Part shown: piece after piece, positions 33,185 through 43,509 of the stretch | Numbering within the stretch: position 1 is the stretch's first letter | How the letters are laid out: every line of letters begins with the position of its first letter | DNA from: an uncultured archaeon | GTDB lineage: Archaea > Thermoproteota > Nitrososphaeria > Nitrososphaerales > Gagatemarchaeaceae | Length of the DNA stretch: 64,000 nucleotides | Direction of reading: 5' to 3' | NCBI GenBank assembly: GCA_963799775.1 | Contig: CAWCYD010000003.1 | Span: 32,001 to 96,000, forward strand | Made by a program: the position numbers and the translations under genes | Notes under the pieces: model-generated | Told to the model about the DNA's origin: nothing | Database searches by the model: none | Seen by the model: the letters and a program-made list of their open reading frames with translations, nothing else

Positions 33185-34407
33185 AAAGTCGACCCGCGGA
33201 GAGGTCCGTCCTTACGATAAACTGCGGTTCCTCGAGCATAAAGTTCGCTCTCTTCGACGTTGTCGCCGGCAGTCCATCACGCCGGATTATCGATGGCGAG
33301 ATCGCCAGGATAGGATTACGCGACACTACCTTGACCGTGAGAGACGTTGACCGGACGAAGAACCTCTCCCGACGAATCAGGGCGGCGGACCATGCTCAGG
33401 CGGCAGCGACTCTGACAGAACTGCTCGATAGGACGAGCCGAGACATGCCCCTAGGTGCCATCGGTCATCGTGTGGTGCAAGGGGGGCCGAAGTACCACGA
33501 GCCGCGGCTTATCACCAAGAAGGTGCTCTCCGACCTCCGAAGGCTCATCCCGTTGGATCCCGAGCATCTCCCCAGCGAGATACTGCTAATCGAGGTTCTT
33601 GGCAGGCGCCTCCCTGGCCTTCCCCAGGTAGCTTGTTTCGACACGGCCTTCCACCACGACCTGCCCCGCGTGGCCCGGATTCTGCCGATTCCTCGCCGTT
33701 TCGAGGCGCGAGGCGCGAGGAGGTACGGGTTCCATGGCATCTCCTATGCGTTTCTGATGGAGGAGCTGGCGCGGCTCGCAGACCCGTCGGCCGCTACCGG
33801 CAGGGTCATACTTTGCCATCTCGGGAACGGTGCAAGTCTTGCGGCTGTCCGCGCAGGCAAGTCCGTCGACACATCGATGTGCCTCACCCCGGCTGCGGGA
33901 CTGCCCATGAGCACGCGCTCGGGAGACATCGATCCCGGGCTCTTGTCCTATCTGGCGCGCACCGAGAAGATGAGCATCACAAAGTTCCAAGACATGGTCA
34001 ACTTCCGATCGGGTCTCATCGGGATCTCAGAGACGAGCTCTGACATGCGAGACCTTCTGGCCCTCGAGACGAAAGACACGCGGGCCGCCGAAGCTGTCGC
34101 ACTCTTCTGCTACCAGGTGAAGAAATGGATCGGGGCCTACGCAGCGGCGCTCGGTGGGCTGGACACCCTGGTGTTCGCCGGCGGCATAGGAGAGAACTCG
34201 GACGTCGTCCGTGCGAGGGTCTCTGAGGGTCTTGAGTTTCTGGGGATAGTTCTCGATCCAAAGCGCAACGAGGCCAACGAGGGCGTCATCTCCGGCGATT
34301 CGAGCCGTGTCACCGTGCGCGTCATCCACACGGACGAGGAGCTGATGATCGCGAGGACCGTTTATAGCATCCTCGGCATCGGCGGAGGAAACCGCCCGAG
34401 GGGATGA
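33181..34407 (+). CDS. ackA: Acetate kinase
   Basis: [47 protein letters not shown]. Confidence 0.95.
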
Positions 34408-36807
34408 TTCTGACGACAATGAAGACCAGCGCGCTTTCTCCCGATCTGCTGAAGCGGATCGACGCCTATTGGCGCGCGGCCAACTATCTCTCGGTCGGCC
34501 AGATCTACCTCTCAGACAACCCGCTGCTGAAGCAACCGCTCAAACTGGCGCACGTGAAACCGCTCGTGGTCGGACACTGGGGCACGGTGCCCGGGCAGAA
34601 TTTCATCTACGTGCACCTCAACCGCGTCATCAGAAACTTTGACCTCAACATGTTCTACATTTCGGGTCCGGGGCACGGCGGCCCCGCCGTGATGAGCAAC
34701 GTCTACCTCGAAGGCAGCTACAGCGAGGTCTATCCGAACATCAGCGAGGACGAAGCTGGGATGAAAGCGCTGTTCAAGCAGTTCTCATTCCCCGGCGGGG
34801 TCTCCAGCCATGTCGCCCCGACCACGCCCGGCTCGATACACGAAGGCGGCGAGCTAGGCTACTCTCTCAGCCATGCGTTCGGCGCGGTCTTCGACAACCC
34901 AGACCTGATCGTCGCGTGCGTCATCGGCGACGGGGAAGCGGAGACCGGCCCCCTCGCGACTGCATGGCACTCGAACAAGTTCCTAGATCCGGTCACCGAC
35001 GGGGTCGTGCTGCCTATACTGCACCTCAACGGTTACAAGATCTCCAATCCCACCGTCTTGGCCCGGATCAAGCAAGAGGAGTTGGAGGAGTTTCTCAGGG
35101 GCTGCGGGTGGGAGCCTCACTTCGTCGAAGGGGAAAGACCGGACAAGATGCACGAGCTCATGGCCGCCACCCTCGACGAGGTGATCCGAGACATCCTTCG
35201 AATCCAAAGGAACGCTCGAAGCAAGGATGACGCGTCCCGGCCACGGTGGCCCATGATCGTACTGAAGACGCCCAAGGGTTGGACTGGGCCGAAGGTCGTC
35301 GACGGCGTCCGAGTCGAAGGGACGTTCAGGTCGCATCAGGTGCCTCTCCTCGTCGGGGCAGAGCACCCCGACCATCTAAAACAGCTTGAAAGGTGGATGA
35401 AGAGCTACAGGCCGGAAGAGCTCTTCGATGAGCAGGGACGCCTCATGCCGGAGCTGGCTGAGCTCGCACCCGAGGGTGACAGGAGGATGGGGTCAAACCC
35501 CCACACGAACGGGGGGCTTCTGCTCCGGGCACCTCCGCATGCCAGACTTCCAGGACTACGCCGTGGATGTGCTCTCTCCCGGCTCCGTCACTGCCCAAGA
35601 CACTTCCGTGCTCGGCAGATTCCTGCGGGATGTGGTGAAGCTCAACCAAGACACGCGCAATTTCAGGATCTTCGGTCCCGACGAGACGCTCTCGAACCTG
35701 CTAGGGGCGGTCTTCGAGGCGACCAACCGTCAGTGGGACGCTAAGCTAGAGAGGGACGACGAGTTCCTCGCGCCCTCCGGGCGCGTCGTCGACTCGATGC
35801 TCAGCGAGCACCAGTGCGAGGGCTGGTTGGAGGGATATCTGCTCACAGGCAGACACGGCGTCTTCAACTGCTACGAGGCCTTCATTCACATCATCGACTC
35901 GATGTTCAACCAGCACGCCAAGTGGTTGAAAGTCACGTCGGAGCTCCCATGGCGCCGAAAGATCTCTTCGCTCAACTACCTGCTCAGTTCCCACGTCTGG
36001 CAGCAGGACCACAATGGCTTCACCCACCAGGACCCTGGCTTCCTCGACCACGTGATCAACAAGAAGGCTGACATCGTGCGCGTCTACCTTCCCCCGGACG
36101 CGAACTGCCTCCTCTCCATCTTCGATCATTGTCTTCGGAGCCGGAACTACGTGAACGTCGTCGTGGGTGGCAAGCACCCTCTCCCTCAATGGTTGAGCAT
36201 GGACGCGGCGATTGCCCATTGCACCGAGGGGATCGGCATCTGGCAGTGGGCGAGCAACGACCAGGGCACAGAGCCTGACGTCGTCCTAGCCTGTTGCGGA
36301 GACGTCCCCACGCTCGAGACACTTGCGGCAGCCTCGATCCTACGCGAACATCTCCCTCGCTTGAAGGTAAGGGTAGTCAACGTGGTCGACTTGATGAAGC
36401 TACAATCGCCCAGCGCGCATCCGCACGGCCTCAGCGACCCGGACTACGACTCTCTTTTCACGAAGAACAAGCACATCATCTTCGCCTTCCACGGCTATCC
36501 TTGGCTGATCCATCGCCTTACCTATCGTCGGACGAACCAAAGCCTGCACGTCCGCGGCTACAAAGAAGAAGGGACCATAACGACCCCGTTCGACATGAGG
36601 GTGCAAAACGACCTCGACCGTTTCCATCTCGTCCAAGACGTGATAGACCGAGTGCCCGACCTGGGTTCCCAAGGCGCCTACCTCAAACAGCAGATGCAGG
36701 ACAAGGTCATCGAGCACAAGCGGTACATCAGCAGTCACGGTCAGGACATGCCGGAGATCCGGAACTGGAAGTGGGATCCCCTGCAGTTGAAGCCTCCGTC
36801 AACTTGA
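34404..36807 (+). CDS. xfp: Xylulose-5-P/fructose-6-P phosphoketolase (frameshift near 35530)
   Basis: [50 protein letters not shown]. Confidence 0.95.
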
Positions 36808-36994
36808 AGATTCGATGCCCTACGCGCTGACCTGAGGGAGAGATGCCTGCCAGAGGTCAGCTTCGATATGGAGACCCGCTCTGGCTCGCCTCGAAAGACG
36901 GAGAGGTCGTATCAGTCGGTCTCGAAAGTCGAGCCATTTCCACAAAAGGCCGGATAATACATATATAAGCTCCCAAGAAGGCGAAACGGTTCAC

Positions 36995-38002
36995 GTGGAA
37001 ACCCTCAAGGACGGAAAGGAACCAACGAAGGAAGAATTTCCGCGGGTCTCCGTGGAAGAAGCCTACGACAACCTCAAGGCGATGCACGTTCACGGGGCGG
37101 GTCGCATCGCTAGGTATGCCGCACAGGCACTGAGAGACTACGCAGGCGAAGCCAAAGCAAAGACCTCGAGAGAGTATTGGGGCCTCGTCCTCAAGGCCGG
37201 CGAGAAGCTCAGGTCCGCGAGGCCTACGGCCGTCTCGCTCCCCAACGGAGTGAACTACGTGCTCTACGGCGGAAGGACCGCCTTCGAGTCCGGCGGGTCT
37301 GTCGAGGACGTCCGGACCGCGACTGTCAACACCGCCAACGACTTCCTGACCTCCAGCTTAGACGCCGTGAAGGTGATCGGAGAGATCGGCGCTAGGCGCG
37401 TGAAGAACGGCGACGTGATAATCACACACTGCAACAGCGAAGCGGCGATGAGCGTCCTGAAGAAGGCCTACGACATGGGCAAGGGGATCAAGGTCTACTG
37501 CGACGAGACCCGACCCAAGTTCCAGGGCCACAAGACTGCGGCCGCGCTCGCGAACTATGGCATCGACACCACCCTGATCTGCGACTCTGCGTGCAGGGTC
37601 TACATGTCGCACGCCGACAGAACGGTGGTGGGCTGCGACGCAATCGCAGTCAACGGGGCGTTGGTGAACAAGATAGGGACCTCCCAGGTGGCCACGATGG
37701 CCCACGAGGCGAGGGTGAACTTCATGGTGGCAGCAGAAACCTACAAGCTTGACTTCAAGACTTTGACCGGCGGATTAGTGGACATCGAGGAGCGCGACCA
37801 CACCGAGATCGCCTCGAAGGAGTGGATGAACCACAACCCCAAGGTAAAGTTCAGCAATCCCGTATTCGATGTCACTCCCCCAGAGTACATCGACTTCTAC
37901 GTCACCGAGAAGGGAATCGTCCCTCCGGGCGGCGTCTTCTCGCTGATGAAGGAGCTATACCAGTACACAGAAGGTGCCCAGGCCAAGCCGAGCACCGGTT
38001 GA
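36995..38002 (+). CDS. Ribose-1,5-bisphosphate isomerase (eIF2B alpha-like family)
   Basis: HGAGRIA, RPTAVSL, ITHCNS (catalytic Cys), GCDAI (Asp), NKIGT, NPVFDVTP. Confidence 0.88.
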   Translation: METLKDGKEPTKEEFPRVSVEEAYDNLKAMHVHGAGRIARYAAQALRDYAGEAKAKTSREYWGLVLKAGEKLRSARPTAVSLPNGVNYVLYGGRTAFESGGSVEDVRTATVNTANDFLTSSLDAVKVIGEIGARRVKNGDVIITHCNSEAAMSVLKKAYDMGKGIKVYCDETRPKFQGHKTAAALANYGIDTTLICDSACRVYMSHADRTVVGCDAIAVNGALVNKIGTSQVATMAHEARVNFMVAAETYKLDFKTLTGGLVDIEERDHTEIASKEWMNHNPKVKFSNPVFDVTPPEYIDFYVTEKGIVPPGGVFSLMKELYQYTEGAQAKPSTG

Positions 38003-38018
38003 TTGGAGAACGCGTAAC

Positions 38019-38912
38019 ATGATAATATTCGGCGGATCCGCAGGCGAGACCCTAGCAGTGAGGGTGTCGCTCCTCACAGGAGCGAAGCTCGGAAAGGTCA
38101 AGAGGCAGAGGTTCCCAGACGGGGAGCAATACCTCAAGATCGAAGAGGACATCAAGGGCCAGGACGTCGTCCTCATCCACCCTCTCGGCGGCAGGCCCGA
38201 CGAGCTGATCATGGAGTACCTCCTCACGATCGACGCGCTGAAGAGCGCCAGCCCAAAGACGATAACCGTAGTTATCCCATACTTCGCCTATGCAAGGCAG
38301 GACGCCAGGTTCCACCCGGGTGAGCCGCTGAGCTTCCACCTGGTGGCGAAGCTCCTCGAGGGGGCGGGGATCAACAGGCTGTTCACGATAGACGTCCATC
38401 TCCAGAGGGCCCCGTCCCTGAAGGAGGTCTTCAAGATCCCGGCCGTGAACCTGACGGCGGTCCCATACATCGCGGAATACATCAACAGGATATACCAGCC
38501 GAAGAACCCAATCATCATCGGTCCTGACGACGAGTCAGAGCAATGGGCCAAGGTCGCCGCAGCGAAGATCAAGACCGACTACGCCATCCTCTCGAAGACG
38601 AGGTTCTCGTCCACCGAGGTCAAGGTCAAGGTGAGGGCGGGCCAGGGCGTCAACGTAAAGGGAAGGGACGCAATCATCATCGACGACATCATCAGCACAG
38701 GGAACACCATAGTCGAGGCCGCGAACCTCGTCAGAAAGGAAGGAGCAAGGAAGATCTACGTCGGTTGCACTCACCCCGTACTGAGCCTCAACGCGCTCCC
38801 GTTGCTGTATAGCAACCACATCGAGGGAGTGGTGGGGACCGACACCTTCGCAGGGCCGGTAAGCTTCGTGAGCGTCGCCCCGGTGATTGCGGAAGCTCTC
38901 AAGAAGAAGTAG
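38019..38912 (+). CDS. prs: Ribose-phosphate pyrophosphokinase, atypical GPDDESEQW type
   Basis: FPDGE, PYFAYARQD, IDDIISTGNT, CTHP. Confidence 0.88.
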   Translation: MIIFGGSAGETLAVRVSLLTGAKLGKVKRQRFPDGEQYLKIEEDIKGQDVVLIHPLGGRPDELIMEYLLTIDALKSASPKTITVVIPYFAYARQDARFHPGEPLSFHLVAKLLEGAGINRLFTIDVHLQRAPSLKEVFKIPAVNLTAVPYIAEYINRIYQPKNPIIIGPDDESEQWAKVAAAKIKTDYAILSKTRFSSTEVKVKVRAGQGVNVKGRDAIIIDDIISTGNTIVEAANLVRKEGARKIYVGCTHPVLSLNALPLLYSNHIEGVVGTDTFAGPVSFVSVAPVIAEALKKK

Positions 38913-39060
38913 CTTCCAGATTTCGCCGACATTCATCGGGCCGACAAGAGCCTAGACTCAGTTCTCTCCCCCTTGCGACTTGCGTCAAGCACAACTGTGT
39001 CTAGGGCATTTGTCTCGAGACAGAAAACCCTCTACATCTTTGGGAAAAACAGAAAGGCGA

Positions 39061-39078
39061 AGGCCCGGCGCGGGGCCT
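39061..39078 (-). terminator. Putative terminator for the rbcL + small ORF transcript
   Basis: AGGCCC-N6-GGGCCT hairpin followed on the minus strand by a T-rich tract (TTTCTGTTTTT). Confidence 0.45.
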
Positions 39079-39100
39079 GCCCAAGTCGGGGAGGAATGAC

Positions 39101-39271
39101 TCAGAAGTTCTTAGCCGGTGCGCCCGAGTCCTTCAGGTAGTGGAGCTGGTAGGGCTTGCCCGACATCCCCGCTATGCAGCACGTGCATCCGTAGTCTGCG
39201 CACTGAAGCGAGTTGTCGTGAGAGCAAGACCCGCAGGAACAGAAGATGTCGCCCTGAGTATGGTTCTTCAT
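39101..39271 (-). CDS. 56-aa Cys-rich small protein downstream of RuBisCO (not in ORF track)
   Basis: MKNHTQGDIFCSCGSCSHDNSLQCADYGCTCCIAGMSGKPYQLHYLKDSGAPAKNF; AAAGGAG RBS 8 nt upstream; starts 15 nt after rbcL stop. Confidence 0.75.
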   Translation of the reverse strand: MKNHTQGDIFCSCGSCSHDNSLQCADYGCTCCIAGMSGKPYQLHYLKDSGAPAKNF

Positions 39272-39286
39272 GTTCTAGGCTCCTTT

Positions 39287-40714
39287 CTACTCCGAGCGGA
39301 ACATGTGCCGGTAGTCGCTCTCCTTCTTCCCTAGCTCCGGTACTGCGGTCATCGCGGAAGCCACCGCGTACTTTTGCCCGAAGAACTGGATTGCAGCCTC
39401 GAGCTCCGGGTGGGTCTTTGCGTACTCGTCGACGGGGATCTTCTTCATGTAGGCGTCGACTGCCTGCCTCGCAGCGGTCGCGCCGGCCTTGGTCCCCCAT
39501 GGGTGTCCGTGGACGCTCCCGCCGTTCTGCAGCACGATATCGAGCCCCATCAGGTCGATGGAGTAGTGGTAGTTCTGCGGAGTCAAGCCCCCCGAGGAGA
39601 CCCCCCATATCGGCTTGATGTGGCCCAGAGGACCTTGTATCGCGTCCATTACCTCTGGTATCTCGACGAACTTTATCGCGTCTCCTAGCTTACCCCTGGC
39701 CGTGCCGACGTGGATCGCGTCTCCCCCCGCGATCCTGCCTAGCGCAGCGATGACCTTGAAACTGATTCCGTGCCTAGGGTGTCGTGTGAGTGCGGCGTGC
39801 GAAGCCCTGTGCAGGTGGATGGGGACGTTTATGCTGGGGTCCTCCGCGAGCGCCCTCAGAGAGGGGTACCAACTGCACATGATGTTCAGCATGAGGCCCT
39901 TGGCGCCGTGCGCGATCATCTTGTCCGCAACCTCGAGCGTCCTCTCGGAGTCGGTAGTCACCTCGGGTGCGTACATGTAGTCGCCCTCCGGGTGGGCGCC
40001 CTCGGACTTGGCCTTGTCGAGCGCCTCGTTGACCTTGGCGACGCGGTCGAGTAGAGGAGAGCACCACTGGTTGTGGTATGTCTCGTCGTCCTTGAACGTG
40101 TCGACCCCTCCCATTGCTGCATCGTAGAACTGCTGGGCTGCTCCCACGTCGGTCACGCCCATCTTCGGCTTGATCGTTATTCCCACGTGCGGTCGCCTGC
40201 TCTTCTTCGTCCCGACGATCTCCCTCAACCCTTCTACGCCGAACTTCGAACCCTTGAAGAGCTTGAGGACGTCCTTGGGAAGTTGGAAATCGATCCATTT
40301 GCAGTTCGGAATCGGCGTGAAGCCCATCCAGTTCCCTGTCACGAAGGTGAACAGGTCGGGAATTCCCCTGTTGTCCATGTCTAGCAGGTATGTGGGAAAG
40401 GCCACCTTGACCCATCCCGAGTGCTTCAGCGAGCCTGAGGGATCCTCGTACTTCCAAGAATAGAGCTTGGCCGCTGTCTTCGTGGAAAGGTCTGTTGCGG
40501 TGGACACATCCGTGAAAGTCCCCACAGACTGTTCGGCGGCGATGATAACGCCCGCTTGGTCGATGGTGACGCGCGGATCGCACGTTATGAAGAACGTGGC
40601 AAGGACGTTCTTGTCGACGTCGACCTTCTCTGGAGTGGTAGAGAACAGGTCTCCTCTGTCGTGTTCTACGCTTGGGGCGCTCCATGTCCTTTCAATCATC
40701 GCTTCTTGTGTCAT
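39287..40714 (-). CDS. rbcL: RuBisCO large subunit, divergent form III-like
   Basis: AAEQSVGT, TGN, IKPKMG, FKDDE, HLHRA, HVGT..GKL, SSGG, GGSVHGHP. Confidence 0.9.
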   Translation of the reverse strand: MTQEAMIERTWSAPSVEHDRGDLFSTTPEKVDVDKNVLATFFITCDPRVTIDQAGVIIAAEQSVGTFTDVSTATDLSTKTAAKLYSWKYEDPSGSLKHSGWVKVAFPTYLLDMDNRGIPDLFTFVTGNWMGFTPIPNCKWIDFQLPKDVLKLFKGSKFGVEGLREIVGTKKSRRPHVGITIKPKMGVTDVGAAQQFYDAAMGGVDTFKDDETYHNQWCSPLLDRVAKVNEALDKAKSEGAHPEGDYMYAPEVTTDSERTLEVADKMIAHGAKGLMLNIMCSWYPSLRALAEDPSINVPIHLHRASHAALTRHPRHGISFKVIAALGRIAGGDAIHVGTARGKLGDAIKFVEIPEVMDAIQGPLGHIKPIWGVSSGGLTPQNYHYSIDLMGLDIVLQNGGSVHGHPWGTKAGATAARQAVDAYMKKIPVDEYAKTHPELEAAIQFFGQKYAVASAMTAVPELGKKESDYRHMFRSE

Positions 40715-40903
40715 GTAAACCTGAAATTTCAGCCTCCGCAGGTTATTTATGTCTTAGTCGTTATCTGGCGATTCGAGATCCCTGCGTAACGACAACAGTC
40801 GAAGAGATTCTCATGAGATGTCCTTCACAAAATCTCAAACGGGCGCTCGCGTCCTCGTTAAGCTTAAAACGGGGACGCGCTTTGGCGGCTTCGGATTCAG
40901 GAG

Positions 40904-41938
40904 TTGGCTAGTCTCTCCATCGAAAGCCTGACCGTACTCCTAAACAAGTTTCAGGGCAAGCGCATGCTTGTCGTCGGCGATTTTCTCGTTAGCAGGTTCG
41001 TCGAAGTCTCAGCAAGGAAGCTCGCACGCGAAGCCCCCGTCCCGGCTGGCGACTACGTCGGCGAGACGCTGCTCCCAGGGGGCGCAGCTAACCTCGCGAA
41101 CGAGGTCGCATCGCTCGGAGGCCAGGTCTCCGTCATAGGCTCCATCGGGGAAGACAACTACGGAATCTGGCTGAAGGAGGGCCTGACAAGGAACGGCGTC
41201 GCGACGGAAGGCATAGTCGCGGACAAGCTGAGGCCGACGTCTTTGCGGACCTGGATCATGGTAAACAGACTACACTACCTTCGCATCGACCAGGAAGTCA
41301 GGAAGGAGGTATCGATAGCGGTCACAAAGTCTCTCGCTGCAGCGGCGGAGGTCATGATTCCAAACGTCGACGCGGTGGTGTTCTCCGACTATGACAGAGG
41401 GGTCGTCACTTCTTCTCTCATCAGCTCGGTCGTCGCTTCTGCGCGAAAGGCAGGCAAGATCGTGGTCGCACAGCCAAAGGACAGGCACTACATGGACTAC
41501 TCTGGCGTGACCTACGTGAAGTCCAACCTTGGGGAGGCGACCCACGCCACCGGCATGGCGATGGTCAATGAGACGAGTTTGAGGAACATGGGTGTAAACC
41601 TTATGGGCAGGTTGGACTGCAAGGGCCTAGTGATCACCCGTGGTGAGGAGGGCATGACGGTTTTCGATAGAGAGCAGATAACGAGCTTCCCACTTCCGTT
41701 CGGGAGGAAGAGCTTCTTCAACAAGGTCGGGGTCCGCGATGCCATGACGGGCGTGTTCGCCCTCGCCGTCGCGGCGGGCGGCTCGATATCGGAGGCGGCA
41801 TGCCTGAGCAACATAGCGGGGACGGTGAGGAGTGAGAAGCCCAGGACCTCGACTCTGACTGCTGAAGACCTCCACAAGAAGCTCGAATCGATGGGAGACT
41901 TCCTCAGCCGCGTCTCCCAGATGCCGGTGAGGCGTTAG
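40904..41938 (+). CDS. PfkB-family kinase, HldE/RfaE-kinase-like, with altered anion hole
   Basis: VVGDF, REAPVP, PGGAANLA, LRID.E, FSDY.RGV, ITRGEEGM; GVRD replaces GAGD. Confidence 0.8.
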   Translation: MASLSIESLTVLLNKFQGKRMLVVGDFLVSRFVEVSARKLAREAPVPAGDYVGETLLPGGAANLANEVASLGGQVSVIGSIGEDNYGIWLKEGLTRNGVATEGIVADKLRPTSLRTWIMVNRLHYLRIDQEVRKEVSIAVTKSLAAAAEVMIPNVDAVVFSDYDRGVVTSSLISSVVASARKAGKIVVAQPKDRHYMDYSGVTYVKSNLGEATHATGMAMVNETSLRNMGVNLMGRLDCKGLVITRGEEGMTVFDREQITSFPLPFGRKSFFNKVGVRDAMTGVFALAVAAGGSISEAACLSNIAGTVRSEKPRTSTLTAEDLHKKLESMGDFLSRVSQMPVRR

Positions 41939-41943
41939 AGATC

Positions 41944-42773
41944 ATGGGAATGGCCCCCACCTCCCAGGAGATTACGAGGCTCCAGGACATGGCAAGGAAC
42001 ACCAGGAAGCTCATCCTCGAGACGCTCGCAGAAGCCGGCTCGGGGCACCCAGGAGGGTCGCTCTCGGCAGTGGAACTCCTGGTCACGCTCTACTTCTACA
42101 AGCTCCGTCACGACCCAAAGAACCCAAAGTGGCCGGAAAGGGACAGGTTCATCCTAAGCAAGGGACACGGGGCGCCTCTCCTCTATTCGATCCTCGCTCA
42201 AGCTGGATATTTCCCGCTCGCTGAGCTCAAGTCCTTGAGGAAGCTCGGGGCCTTGCTCCAGGGTCACCCTGACATGGACATCCCTGGAGTCGAGATGCCC
42301 GCCGGCTCCGAGGGCATCGGTCTCTCCGTCGGCGTGGGACAGGCCCTCGCGGCAAGGCTAGACAACAGACCCACGAGGACCAGTACGTCCTGATGGGCGA
42401 CGGAGAGCAGGGTGAGGGCGAGGTGTGGGAGGCGGCGATGTCAGCTTCCAAGTTCAAGCTTGACAACCTCGTCGGGATGATCGACAGGAACGGCATCCAG
42501 CAGGACGGTCTCACCGAGCAGATCATGCCCCTCGAGCCTCTGGCCGCAAAGTGGAGGGCTTTCAACTGGAACGTCATCGAGGTCGACGGCTACGACTACC
42601 TCCAGCTGATAGAGGCCTTCGACACGGCCGAGATGGTCAAGAACAGGCCCACGATGATCATCGCCCACACGGTCAAGGGCAAGGGAATCTCCTTCATGGA
42701 GTGGTCCCCGACCTATCACGGGACCGCGCCGACGAAGGAGAGGATGGAAGACATCTACAAGGAGCTAAAGTAA
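41944..42773 (+). CDS. Transketolase N-terminal subunit (frameshift near 42380)
   Basis: SGHPGGSLS, RDRFILSKGH, LQGHP, GDGE..EG.VWEA, HTVKGKG. Confidence 0.92.
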
Positions 42774-42779
42774 GTAGGG

Positions 42780-43508
42780 ATGATGTTGGAGACGACGATC
42801 CCTCCGAGAGAGATAAAGCGCGTCATCAAGATCGCTCCATCGATCCTGGGCGGCGACCAGTCCAACTTCGCAGCAGCATTGGATATCGCGGTCAAGGGCG
42901 GGGCTGACCAGATCCACCTCGACGTCATCGACGGACACTTCGCGCCGAACATAACCTTCGGGCCTGGGACCGTGAAGGCCCTGAGGAAGAAGACCGATTT
43001 GAAGTTCGACACGCACTTGATGATCGACCAGCCTGAGAACTTCGTCGACAAGTTCCTGGACGCGGGCTCTGACCTGTTCTGCTTCCACGCGGAGGCACTG
43101 ACCGGGGAGCGATTCGACGCGATATACTCCAAAGTCCATGCAAAGGGCAAGGTGATGGGCCTGGCGCTCAAGCCCTCGACCGAGATGCCAAAGTGGGTCG
43201 AGCAGAGGCTGGACAAGCTCGACACGCTGTGCGTGATGACGGTGAACCCAGGTTTCAGCGGCCAATCGATGATGATGGACGTGATGCCTAAGCTAGAGAA
43301 GATAACGCAGATGCTGAACGACAAGGGGCTCCCCATCGACATCGAGATAGACGGCGGGGTGGAGCTGGAGACCCTGGAGAACGTCGTGCGACGCGGAGGA
43401 AACGTCCTCGTCGCAGGCGCAGGAGTCTATTACAAGCCAGACCCGATCAAGGCCGTGGGGATACTGCGAGAAAAGGCGAAGCAGGCGTTAACGGTGGGGG
43501 CCAATTAA
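42780..43508 (+). CDS. rpe: Ribulose-phosphate 3-epimerase
   Basis: IAPSIL, HLDVIDGHFAPN, DTHLM, MTVNPGFSGQ, IDGGV. Confidence 0.95.
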   Translation: MMLETTIPPREIKRVIKIAPSILGGDQSNFAAALDIAVKGGADQIHLDVIDGHFAPNITFGPGTVKALRKKTDLKFDTHLMIDQPENFVDKFLDAGSDLFCFHAEALTGERFDAIYSKVHAKGKVMGLALKPSTEMPKWVEQRLDKLDTLCVMTVNPGFSGQSMMMDVMPKLEKITQMLNDKGLPIDIEIDGGVELETLENVVRRGGNVLVAGAGVYYKPDPIKAVGILREKAKQALTVGAN

Positions 43509-43509
43509 G

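Noticed and set aside
39287-40714. RuBisCO-like protein (form IV) for methionine salvage
   Set aside because: Catalytic residues including N123, H294, R295, H327 and K334 equivalents are retained, and the neighbour looks like R15P isomerase (THCNS) rather than MtnA.
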